The translations under genes and the position numbers were made by a program. The notes under the pieces were generated by a model. It searched no databases. It saw nothing but the letters and a program-made list of their open reading frames with translations, and was not told the DNA's origin. Below, one piece after another: positions 33,114 to 40,920 of a DNA stretch of 48,768 nucleotides. Source of the DNA: Candidatus Woesearchaeota archaeon (lineage in GTDB: Archaea; Nanobdellota; Nanobdellia; Woesearchaeales; GCA-2685855); contig NYYS01000052.1 in assembly GCA_002685855.1 (NCBI GenBank), forward strand, positions 1 through 48,768, read 5' to 3'. The stretch's first letter is position 1; every line of letters starts with the position of its first letter.

Positions 33114-33427
33114 CTTCTTTCATTGATTTCGATGGTGTCTGGAGCAAAACCCAAAGCAACGAGTTCGGCTTTAATCTGTCTGAGGTGATCTCCCTGCAAT
33201 TCGACGATTCCGTCTTTTGCAGTTCCACCGCAGGCAAACTTTGCCTTTAACTTCTTGGCCAGATCCTTAAGGTCAATCTCTGTTGAATTCATTCCATGAA
33301 TCACAGTGTATTTTTTCCCGAATTTCTTTTTAATCGTCTTTACAACGATGGTCTGGCTCTCCTTTGCGATTGTCTCACAAACGCAAAGGTCTTTGGGTAA
33401 CCCACAGGTCACGCATATATCACTCAT
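33110..33427 (-). CDS. sui1: Translation initiation factor SUI1 (aIF1)
   Basis: The N-terminal zinc knuckle CVTCGLPKDLCVC is followed by KKYTVIHGMN...LAKKLKAKFACGGTAKDGIVELQGDH, the SUI1 fold. Confidence 0.9.
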   Translation of the reverse strand: MSDICVTCGLPKDLCVCETIAKESQTIVVKTIKKKFGKKYTVIHGMNSTEIDLKDLAKKLKAKFACGGTAKDGIVELQGDHLRQIKAELVALGFAPDTIEINERR

Positions 33428-33639
33428 AGTTTCTCAGTACCCCCCAAGGAAGCATTATCCTGATTCCTTGCGGTTAATATTTTTGCAATGGTTTTTTTGA
33501 GCTTTCGTATCTGGAGTGGATTCTTAGGATTGGTTCCTGTTGCTACCTGAGCATTTAATTTAAGGAGTTCGAATTGGATTTCAAGGAGCTTTTTATCCAT
33601 CTCTCCTTTCTTCATTTTAGTAACATCCTTAAATTTCAT
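33424..33639 (-). CDS. rpl29: 50S ribosomal protein L29 (uL29)
   Basis: LLEIQFELLKLNAQVATGTNPKNPLQIRKLKKTIAKILT is uL29. Confidence 0.92.
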   Translation of the reverse strand: MKFKDVTKMKKGEMDKKLLEIQFELLKLNAQVATGTNPKNPLQIRKLKKTIAKILTARNQDNASLGGTEKL

Positions 33640-34628
33640 TTATCCTGTTCCTCTTTTTTTTGTTCTGGTTCTTCTGGAATAGGTTCGGTGGCGGGTTTTG
33701 GTTCCTCTTTTGGTGGTTGAGGTGTGGCTTCCTTTTTTTCAGGTTCTGGTGTTGCTTCCTCTTTTTTGGGTTCGGATGCAGGTTCTTCCTTGGAAGGTTC
33801 CTCGGTAACGTTATCTTTTGAAGGTTCAGGTGCGGTTTCTTCTTTTACTTCCTCTTTTGGAGATGTTTCCTCCTTTGGAGGCGTATCCTCTTTTGATTTG
33901 GATGATTTCTTTGTTGTCTTTTTAGGTGCTTTTTTCTTTTTGGCAGATTCCTTTGCCTTTTTTTTTTCTTTGGGTTCTTCTTTTTCTGTTTCAGGTGTTA
34001 GTTCTTCGAGAACTGTTTCGGGTTCTGGAAGAAGCTCAATATGGTCTGGGAGGACGGTGGTTTTCGGCATAATGCTTACTTGAATTCCCACAACGCCTGT
34101 TTTGAGGTTTGCTTGTGAATAGCACCAGTCAACGCCGTGTAATGCGACATCTCCGCACTTTTTGAGATATCCTGTGTAAAAGCGCCATCGTTTAGCTCTG
34201 CTGCTGGGAATTTTTCCGCTGATGAGTATTTCAACGCCATATGCTCCTGTATTCATTACTTCTGCCATTGTTCTGTGACCAATGCTTTTGAATCGTTGCG
34301 GGCCAAAGCGTTCTAAAAACCCTGCAATGTTTTCTGCAACGACTGCTGCATCTAAATGAATATTTTCAACTTCTTCTATTTCTATCTGAGGATTTTCCAA
34401 TTTGAAGTGCTCTTTTAATTGTCTTGTGAGTTGCGTGATGTTTGCTCCTGCTCTTCCAACAACGAGTCCTGGTCGAGCTGCTTTTACAACGATTTTTTCT
34501 CCGAGAGGCGTTCTATGAAGTTTTACGTCGCTTAATCCCACTCTGCTAAGGTTATCGCGTACAAATTCCTTGATCTGGAATTCCTTTATGTTTTCTGAAA
34601 CGAATTGTCGCTCAATCATTCTGTGCAC
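33636..34628 (-). CDS. rps3: 30S ribosomal protein S3 (uS3) with a ~130-aa K/E/P/T-rich C-terminal extension
   Basis: The KH-domain core (GEKIVVKAARPGLVVGRAGANITQL...) runs to about aa 200. Residues 201-330 are low-complexity sequence (EKEEPKEKKKAKESAKKKKAPKK...PKEEPKPATEP). Confidence 0.92.
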   Translation of the reverse strand: MHRMIERQFVSENIKEFQIKEFVRDNLSRVGLSDVKLHRTPLGEKIVVKAARPGLVVGRAGANITQLTRQLKEHFKLENPQIEIEEVENIHLDAAVVAENIAGFLERFGPQRFKSIGHRTMAEVMNTGAYGVEILISGKIPSSRAKRWRFYTGYLKKCGDVALHGVDWCYSQANLKTGVVGIQVSIMPKTTVLPDHIELLPEPETVLEELTPETEKEEPKEKKKAKESAKKKKAPKKTTKKSSKSKEDTPPKEETSPKEEVKEETAPEPSKDNVTEEPSKEEPASEPKKEEATPEPEKKEATPQPPKEEPKPATEPIPEEPEQKKEEQDK

Positions 34629-35349
34629 CTCTTTGCGGAGTTTCTTCTTTCTTCACTTGTTCTTTCTCGAGTTTGGGTTCTGTTTCTTTTTTTTCTGGAT
34701 CTGTTGATTTTGCTTTTTCAGGAAATGGTTCTGATTCTATTTCTTTTTTTGGTTTAACTTCTCCTGCTAAACTTGAATCTGTTTCCTTTTTTTCCGGCTG
34801 TTTTTGTTCAGGTTGTTTCTTTTCTGGCTGAACAGGATCTTTTTTTACCTCTTTTACAGGTGTTTCTGCAGGTTTAGTGGATTTTGTTGTTTCTTGCTTT
34901 TTTTGGGGTTTCTTGATTGATTTTTCTTTGACTATTATTTCGACGTGAGTTCTCTTGTTCTTTCTTCGTGTCTGTCTTCCATAATGGTATTGTGATGCTC
35001 CCTGTTGGGATGCAATATGAATAATTTCAAGATCTGATGAGAGTCCTTTGTTTAGAGCGTTGTGTTCAACACCTTCAACAAGACCAAGGATGTGTGTGCA
35101 TGCCTTGATCACAAACTTGCCTGGTCCAATTCCTGTTTTGTGTCCTGCACCATTTGTAAAGCGTGTAAAGGGAATTGCCTTTTTCTGGGCGATAGACTCT
35201 TGTAAGATCGTCTTGGCGCGTTCTGTTGTTTTATTTTTAAGGTGTTTGGATATTTCAATGCAGTGTTTTGTGGAGACAGGACTATCTCTGATTACGGCTC
35301 GTGCCATGTTCTCTTTCACTTCCCTGAATCCATACTTGTGTTCACTCAT
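34612..35349 (-). CDS. rpl22: 50S ribosomal protein L22 (uL22) with a ~100-aa K/E/P-rich C-terminal extension
   Basis: The core ARAVIRDSPVSTKHCIEISKHLKNKT...IIHIASQQGASQYHYGRQTRRKNKRTHVEIIV is uL22. Residues ~141-245 are low-complexity sequence. Confidence 0.92.
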   Translation of the reverse strand: MSEHKYGFREVKENMARAVIRDSPVSTKHCIEISKHLKNKTTERAKTILQESIAQKKAIPFTRFTNGAGHKTGIGPGKFVIKACTHILGLVEGVEHNALNKGLSSDLEIIHIASQQGASQYHYGRQTRRKNKRTHVEIIVKEKSIKKPQKKQETTKSTKPAETPVKEVKKDPVQPEKKQPEQKQPEKKETDSSLAGEVKPKKEIESEPFPEKAKSTDPEKKETEPKLEKEQVKKEETPQRGAQND

Positions 35350-35723
35350 TTAACACTCACCTTTGAACTGCTTTTTGATGCTCCGACGCCGGGAGAGGAG
35401 TGTGCTGTTCTTTTTCGTGTAAACACAAATTCTCCTACTCTGTGACCGATCATCTCTTCAAGTACTGTGATGGTTCCAAATTCTTTTCCATTATGTATAC
35501 GAATAACCTTGCCAACCATGGAGGGCGTAACAATCATTTCACGATGATGTGTTTTGGCGACTTTATTCTCTGTTTTTTTGAGGAACTTCTTTTTTCCCGG
35601 ACATAGACCTCGTTTAAGGCTTCTTCTTTGTCTGGCAGGTAGACGTTCTGAGAGCTCGTTAAGAGAGAGGTTCTTGAGTTCGTCGAGGGTGAGGCCCGTG
35701 TATGTGAATTCTTTTTTTACCAT
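35346..35723 (-). CDS. rps19: 30S ribosomal protein S19 (uS19)
   Basis: MVGKVIRIHNGKEFGTITVLEEMIGHRVGEFVFTRK is uS19. Confidence 0.94.
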   Translation of the reverse strand: MVKKEFTYTGLTLDELKNLSLNELSERLPARQRRSLKRGLCPGKKKFLKKTENKVAKTHHREMIVTPSMVGKVIRIHNGKEFGTITVLEEMIGHRVGEFVFTRKRTAHSSPGVGASKSSSKVSVK

Positions 35724-35732
35724 CGTTACACC

Positions 35733-36434
35733 TTATTTTTTCCTTCCGGTCTGTCTCGGACGGAGCATACCAACCTTTCTTCCAGGAGGAGCGTTTTTTG
35801 GTACAATTGTAGGACGCCCTTTTCTGCTACTTCTTGTTCCACCCAGAGGATGATCTATTGCGTTCATGGAAGCTCCTGAGACTTTAGGCCAATATTTGTT
35901 CCGTTTTTTCATTTCAAAGTATTTTTTCCCTGCTTTTACAAAAGGTTTGTCGGTTCTTCCTCCGCCTGCAACAACACCTAAGGATGCTCTACAGTCAGGA
36001 TGGAATGCTTTCCTTTTCTTTGAGGGAAATGTTATGATAACTTGATCTTTTGTTCGTGTGACGAGCTTTGCTGCTCCGCCGGAGGATCGTACAAATTTTC
36101 CTCCGTCGCCCGGCTTTGATTCTATATTATAGATAAGACTTCCTTCAGGTATATTTTTTAGTGCTAGAGTGTTTCCGACTTCAAGTTCTGTTTTTTCTCC
36201 CATGCGTACCTTTTTTCCAACATAAATGCCTTCTGAGGCAATGATACATCCTTTTGAGTTATCTTCAAACTGAACCTGGGCAAGAGGTGCTGAATGGCCT
36301 CGACAATGAATAATGTCAAGAATTTCTGCGGTTTGTTTACGGGGAGTTGTAGCCTTTCCTTTATAGGTAAAAGAAGGTGCCTTGTATGCGGGTGAACCTT
36401 TTCCTCGAGCCTGTTGTACTAATCGTTTTCCCAT
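35733..36434 (-). CDS. rpl2: 50S ribosomal protein L2 (uL2)
   Basis: GNTLALKNIPEGSLIYNIESKPGDGGKFVRSSG...ASMNAIDHPLGGTRSSRKGRP is uL2. Confidence 0.95.
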   Translation of the reverse strand: MGKRLVQQARGKGSPAYKAPSFTYKGKATTPRKQTAEILDIIHCRGHSAPLAQVQFEDNSKGCIIASEGIYVGKKVRMGEKTELEVGNTLALKNIPEGSLIYNIESKPGDGGKFVRSSGGAAKLVTRTKDQVIITFPSKKRKAFHPDCRASLGVVAGGGRTDKPFVKAGKKYFEMKKRNKYWPKVSGASMNAIDHPLGGTRSSRKGRPTIVPKNAPPGRKVGMLRPRQTGRKK

Positions 36435-36456
36435 AAACTTTTTTTAAAGTTTAATC

Positions 36457-36489
36457 AAAAAGTGCCGCGCTCGCTTTGCTCGGCGACAC
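36457..36489 (-). terminator. Hairpin plus oligo-U element in the unusual 101-nt L23-L2 spacer (copy A of a conserved motif)
   Basis: The minus strand reads GTGTCGCCGAGCAAAGCGAGCGCGGCAC followed by TTTTT. It has a 7-bp outer stem GUGUCGC/GCGGCAC. The 12-nt 5' arm and GGCACTTTTT are shared with 24291-24332. Confidence 0.45.
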
Positions 36490-36535
36490 GAATTAATCAA
36501 CCTTTACGACCTCCATATTTGGTTTTGATTATCAT

Positions 36536-36781
36536 TTACATCAATCCTAGTTTTGTGGCAACATCTATAGCAGGGTTGTCTGCTGAAAATGTGACGTATG
36601 CTTTTTTGTTCCCTTTTTTGTCAACAAGTGTGTTGACTTTATCTATTTTTACAGAGAGAAGCTTTTCTAATTCTTCTTTGATCTCTGGTTTCTTCATCTG
36701 TCTTTCGACAACAAATATGAGTTTGTTCTGGGCTTCCATGAGACGAATGCTTTTTTCGGTGGAGAGAGGGAATTTTATCAT
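36536..36781 (-). CDS. rpl23: 50S ribosomal protein L23 (uL23)
   Basis: IKFPLSTEKSIRLMEAQNKLIFVVERQMKKPEIKEELEKLLSVKIDKVNTL is uL23. Confidence 0.93.
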   Translation of the reverse strand: MIKFPLSTEKSIRLMEAQNKLIFVVERQMKKPEIKEELEKLLSVKIDKVNTLVDKKGNKKAYVTFSADNPAIDVATKLGLM

Positions 36782-37620
36782 TTCTTCTCCTCCTTTGGAG
36801 CTACTTTAACTGTTTTCATAAAGAGCTTTGTTTGGTCAAGTTTTTTTAAGGACTCTTGTGTAAATAGGGTCATGCGTCCAGCATGGCATCCGGGTGCTAA
36901 GAGTTCTGCATTTAGATTCTGAACCTGTATGATGTCGAGACCGAGTACGTTGTGAGCTGATTTTTCTAGAGGACAATTTCCTGATACGACAAGGAGGAGG
37001 GATTTTTTTGTTTTGTATCTTCTTCCCCGCATCTTTCCTCTTCCTGGCCGGATGGTTCTTTCAGAGCATCGTGCTAAGTCTTCTGCAAAGCCAAGTGTTT
37101 CAAGATGGGAAAGGAGTTCTTTTGTCTTTGTGATCTGCTGAATGGAATCTTCGACGATGAATGGGTAGTGTTCAGGGACTTTATGTCCTCTTTCAGAAAC
37201 AAGCTCTTTTGTGAACGCTGCGGTAAGAGCAGAGCGAATGGCTTTTCTGCGTTCCTGGGTGTTTATTTTCTGTGTCCATATCTTTTCTGCTTTGGGAGGA
37301 TGTGCGCGTCTTCCGCCTACGGTTCCCGGCATAAATGCTCCTACCCAATTAAAATGGGTTCCTCTTCGTGAAAGAATCTTTCTGGGAACGCGGGAAATTC
37401 CGTGCCCATAACTTCCTCTATATTTACGGCGTCTTCTGGAGAGTTTTGCACTTGCACGTTTTCCTGCTTCTGAAAATGCACCATAGGGTTGTCTATTGGC
37501 ATTCTGAATAGAAAGAACTGCTCGTTTAATGAGATCAAACCGGACAGGTTCAAAGAACTGGTCAGGCATCTGCACTGATCCTGTTTCTTTTTTTTGTAGC
37601 GAGAGGATTGAGAGTTTCAT
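36778..37620 (-). CDS. rpl4: 50S ribosomal protein L4 (uL4)
   Basis: RQPYGAFSEAGKRASAKLSRRRRKYRGSYGHGISRVPRK...GGRRAHPPK is archaeal uL4. Confidence 0.94.
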   Translation of the reverse strand: MKLSILSLQKKETGSVQMPDQFFEPVRFDLIKRAVLSIQNANRQPYGAFSEAGKRASAKLSRRRRKYRGSYGHGISRVPRKILSRRGTHFNWVGAFMPGTVGGRRAHPPKAEKIWTQKINTQERRKAIRSALTAAFTKELVSERGHKVPEHYPFIVEDSIQQITKTKELLSHLETLGFAEDLARCSERTIRPGRGKMRGRRYKTKKSLLLVVSGNCPLEKSAHNVLGLDIIQVQNLNAELLAPGCHAGRMTLFTQESLKKLDQTKLFMKTVKVAPKEEKK

Positions 37621-38597
37621 CGTCCTTGTTTACTCCTTGTACTAATATATTCGATTTCGCCAATAGGCTCGAGTTTTGTGTTTCTGATGGGATGGGTAAG
37701 AAGAATGCAGCGGGATTTAGGTCCGGGAACAGATCCTTTTACAAGAATGTAGTTGTTCTTGACATTTCCATAATGGAGAAAGCCCCCTTTGGGGTTAACA
37801 TCTTTGGGATCTGAGCCGGTTTTGAGGAGAAGGTTGTTATATTGGGTTCTGAGATGGAAGCCCATCTGTCCTGCGTGAGCAACACGATACATCATGTGCC
37901 CCTGCCCGCACCATGATCCGAGACTTCCGGGGTTTCTTTGACCTTTTTCTGACTTGTGGCTCTTCAAAGCAATGCCAAAGCGCTTTACAGGCCCTTGGAA
38001 GCCTTTTCCCTTGGTTACTGCATGGAGATCCACTGTGGAATTTTCAGGAAATACATCTGAAATATGGATGTCTTTATTGATATGTTGCTTGGCAAATGTG
38101 AGTTTAGCCTCTGTATTGCCTCCTAGATGCAGTTCAAAGAGATCTGGCTTTTTCTTGCCTATAGTGGTATGTTTTGGCTGGGTATAGATGGTGATTGTGA
38201 TGTTGGAGAAGTCGGAAGGGGTGATGGAATCGAGGGCAGAAGGGTCTTGAGGGGGACCGGAACGGGTTTTTTTGATGAGCTCTTTTTCGGGTTTGAAAAA
38301 GATCTCCTGAGCGATCTTCTCTCCGTAGCCATAGGGAATATAGAGGCGAAGGGAGGCAATGCGCATGGGGGGACATTCAATGACTGTTGCCGGAACCGAG
38401 ATGTCCTGCCCCTTGTTTAGGGCGTTTTTTCGATCATCTCGTATGAGCAAATGGGTCATTCCTGCCTTATAGCCCGCGAAACCCAGGAATCCTTCTTTTG
38501 AGGTATTCCAGGAACGCACAGAGGGAGTCATCTTTTTAGCCCTCTTTCTAGGCCAAAACTGCATGCTTCCTGATCTTGGTCTGTCAACCTTTCCCAT
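37617..38597 (-). CDS. rpl3: 50S ribosomal protein L3 (uL3)
   Basis: RPRSGSMQFWPRKRAK...GYKAGMTHL...VTKGKGFQGPVKRFG is uL3. It is the first gene of the supercluster. Confidence 0.95.
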   Translation of the reverse strand: MGKVDRPRSGSMQFWPRKRAKKMTPSVRSWNTSKEGFLGFAGYKAGMTHLLIRDDRKNALNKGQDISVPATVIECPPMRIASLRLYIPYGYGEKIAQEIFFKPEKELIKKTRSGPPQDPSALDSITPSDFSNITITIYTQPKHTTIGKKKPDLFELHLGGNTEAKLTFAKQHINKDIHISDVFPENSTVDLHAVTKGKGFQGPVKRFGIALKSHKSEKGQRNPGSLGSWCGQGHMMYRVAHAGQMGFHLRTQYNNLLLKTGSDPKDVNPKGGFLHYGNVKNNYILVKGSVPGPKSRCILLTHPIRNTKLEPIGEIEYISTRSKQGR

Positions 38598-38730
38598 TGT
38601 TATACCTTGCCATCCATAGAAATCCCATGCTAGATTAGCGGTACTGAAGGAGATTCCACATCAGGCCTTGGTCCAACCATTAGAGTTCTGCAACCCTAAC
38701 GAACCGTTTAGAGAGCAGGAACTGCAGGGT

Positions 38731-38740
38731 GTTTATAAAG
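38731..38740 (-). promoter_or_regulatory. Palindromic TATA box candidate (TTTATAAA) for the L3 operon, implying a ~110-nt leader
   Basis: GTTTATAAAG is the only strong TATA-like element I see on this side of the L3 ATG, about 138 nt upstream. The TATA-like elements nearer to 38820 fit the plus-strand gene. Confidence 0.35.
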
Positions 38741-38819
38741 GTTTCTGAGAGGGTAGAGGTTAAAATTAAATTGAATTTAAAAGGGAATGTTTAAAAGTTA
38801 GATTAGATTACCTATCTCC

Positions 38820-39230
38820 ATGGCACCCCAAACGAGACCTAAAGCTATTGTCGGATTCCAATTAGCAGAGGATCAAAAGAACTATTCGCAACTGATTAGC
38901 TGCTATGGGAGTGAAGTGACTACGGTAGGCTCCTTCGAGGAACTGCAGACAGCAATAGGATCAAATGGAGCAAGAGTTGATTATGCTACCTATCTTTTTG
39001 AAGCTTATCTCGGACGGCAAGGAGCTGCTGATTTTAGTCCAGGCATATATGTTAAAAACGCTCTTGAGGATCGTATAGGTAGTGTTGAATTTATTCCTGT
39101 AGCTGATACTCCTGAGATGGTTGAGAAAGCTCAAGAGGCCGGCCTTCCCTGTATGTTAAAACAAGAAGCGCTTGAGTATTTTACATTTAAGATTCATAAG
39201 CGTTCACAAGAGCTTAGAAAAACAGGTTAA
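38820..39230 (+). CDS. Hypothetical protein (136 aa)
   Basis: A clean ORF with TATA-like ATGTTTAAAAGTT about 25 nt upstream. I see no recognisable motif. The stop overlaps the convergent primase stop in a TTAA. Confidence 0.6.
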   Translation: MAPQTRPKAIVGFQLAEDQKNYSQLISCYGSEVTTVGSFEELQTAIGSNGARVDYATYLFEAYLGRQGAADFSPGIYVKNALEDRIGSVEFIPVADTPEMVEKAQEAGLPCMLKQEALEYFTFKIHKRSQELRKTG

Positions 39231-40546
39231 TTTGAGGCCTTACTGTTCTTTCTCTTTCCTCTTTCTCCTGCCTTTCTTTTGACATAACTAGCAGGGTTCT
39301 TAATTTTGTTGCAGAGATTGTCGGGTGTGCAGAGTTGGAGATCCTGATAGAAGCTTTTGCAGTTGGGCGGAGGAACAGGCTGTTTGCGAAAGGTTCGATA
39401 GCGAAGTTGTCCTTTGAGGTAGACTTCTCGTAAGGGTTCGGGATTTTGCTTGTTCCATTCTTTAACTCGTGGTTCGATCATCTCTTTTGTCCAGCCTGCG
39501 CATTCTAGAAAGTTGAGAAGTGCAAAGAGGAACCTTTTTTTTCCGTCAGGTATTCCTTTGAGGCCTTTCTGAATACAGGGGGGGAATGCTTTTTCAGGAA
39601 GTGCTTCTTTCGGAATTTCATAGATAACTTTTTTTCCCTCTGTTTCATCTTCGATTTCGGGGTTGAAATCATAGGACTGAACAAGAAGCTGGGTTGCTTC
39701 CCCTTTTTCTACATCCCTCTTTAGGAAGGGCAGGATTTTTTTGATGTTTTCAGGTTTTGCTTTTTCTTTAGTGAATGTGAGGACGTCATTCGGGTTTATA
39801 GGGATTGAAACAAGTTCTGATTTTTCGTGGAAGCTGTAAGGCATTCTGAAGAGGTGGCGGGAGGAGATAAGGATTGTGTCTATGTCGAGGAAAGGTTCTG
39901 CATTTAATGTTGGAACAGTTATACCTTCAGGTGTTTTTGTGTAGCGGGTGATCTTATCTTGTGAAAGTTTTGTTTTTTCAATGATGGTGCTAAAGTTGTT
40001 CTGTTCGAGTTTGAGGATGTCTTTGCTGACGGAATCTTTAATCATCTCTTTTATGTAGGCTGCAATACGTCTTGGAATTTCCGGGAAGAGATCTTTTGTT
40101 TTTTGGCCCTGCCATTCTTCTGGAAAGCTTTCAAAGGGAACTGCGATGTGAAACCCTTTGTTTCCGGAAAATTTACAGCCGACTCCTTTTATGTTGTGGT
40201 GTTTGAGTATTTTTATGACATAGTGGGCTGCGATCTTGCTGTACTCGAGAAATGCACAGTCGATGTCGAGGACGAGATCCCAGCCTTTTCTCAGGTTGTT
40301 TTGTTCTTCTCTTGACATCTCGGAGGAGAGGGCTGAAGGGTGCTCCCAGAGCTCCTCTGAACAGTGAAAGGAGGATGCCTTCTTTTTGGCAAATTCAAGG
40401 ACATCGTTGGGATATGTGAGGGTTTCGGGTCGTTTTCCGAAGTAGGTTTGAAATCGAATGGCAATTTCTCTGTCTTCTGCACTGTCTACAAGGGCTTGTT
40501 GAACGTCGGGCCGTTTATAGAACGATAGTGTTTTGGCAATAAACAT
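39227..40546 (-). CDS. priS: DNA primase: PriS catalytic domain fused to a PriL-CTD-like Fe-S domain
   Basis: PriS motifs are WDLVLDIDC (DxD), FSGNKGFHIAVPF and FRMPYSFHEKS. The C-terminal ~110 aa has FPPCIQKGL...RFLFALLNFL...PPPNCKSFYQDLQLCTPDNLCNKIKNPASY, a four-Cys pattern like the PriL 4Fe-4S domain. Confidence 0.85.
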   Translation of the reverse strand: MFIAKTLSFYKRPDVQQALVDSAEDREIAIRFQTYFGKRPETLTYPNDVLEFAKKKASSFHCSEELWEHPSALSSEMSREEQNNLRKGWDLVLDIDCAFLEYSKIAAHYVIKILKHHNIKGVGCKFSGNKGFHIAVPFESFPEEWQGQKTKDLFPEIPRRIAAYIKEMIKDSVSKDILKLEQNNFSTIIEKTKLSQDKITRYTKTPEGITVPTLNAEPFLDIDTILISSRHLFRMPYSFHEKSELVSIPINPNDVLTFTKEKAKPENIKKILPFLKRDVEKGEATQLLVQSYDFNPEIEDETEGKKVIYEIPKEALPEKAFPPCIQKGLKGIPDGKKRFLFALLNFLECAGWTKEMIEPRVKEWNKQNPEPLREVYLKGQLRYRTFRKQPVPPPNCKSFYQDLQLCTPDNLCNKIKNPASYVKRKAGERGKRKNSKASN

Positions 40547-40572
40547 AAATAGGAGAGCGTAGAGGGGTATAA

Positions 40573-40920
40573 ATGGTTTGTGAAAAGAGAGATGAGATTT
40601 TTTCGTTGATTGAGAAGTATAAGGATATTCTCTTTATAGTTGAGGGGAAGAAGGATCTGGCTGCTTTGCTTGGGTTGGGAGTTAGGAGGATTCGGATGTT
40701 GGATTGTGCATTGTACAAGGTGGTGGAGGAGGTAGCTGCTTCTGAGAAGGAGGTTGTTGTGTTGACTGATATGGATAAGAAGGGGAAGGAGCTGTATGGA
40801 AAGCTTGTTTCGGGGTTGAGTCGGAGAGGGGTTGTTGTCAGGGATGAACTGCGAGAGGCTCTGTTTAGGGCGCGGGTGAGTCATGTAGAGGGGCTGGCGC
40901 GGTTTCTGAAGGAGGATTAG
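40573..40920 (+). CDS. Small Toprim-domain protein (COG1658-like)
   Basis: 115 aa. ILFIVEGKKDLAALLGLG...VVVLTDMDKKGKELY carries the Toprim conserved E and DxD. It is divergent from the primase across a 26-bp spacer. Confidence 0.8.
   Translation: MVCEKRDEIFSLIEKYKDILFIVEGKKDLAALLGLGVRRIRMLDCALYKVVEEVAASEKEVVVLTDMDKKGKELYGKLVSGLSRRGVVVRDELREALFRARVSHVEGLARFLKED

Noticed and set aside
38598-38819. A tRNA or C/D-box sRNA hidden in the 222-bp L3 upstream region (also checked 12495-12640, 24150-24346, 42165-42287 and 44547-44831)
   Set aside because: By eye I could not find a GTTCRANYC T-loop, a cloverleaf pairing, or paired RUGAUGA and CUGA boxes at suitable spacing on either strand. A covariance-model scan (tRNAscan-SE/Infernal) would be needed to exclude these properly.
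40486-40884. 132-aa minus-strand ORF overlapping the Toprim gene
   Set aside because: It is antisense to a Toprim ORF that has the conserved E and DxD motifs. Its own translation is P/S/L/N-rich low-complexity sequence with no start-site signals.
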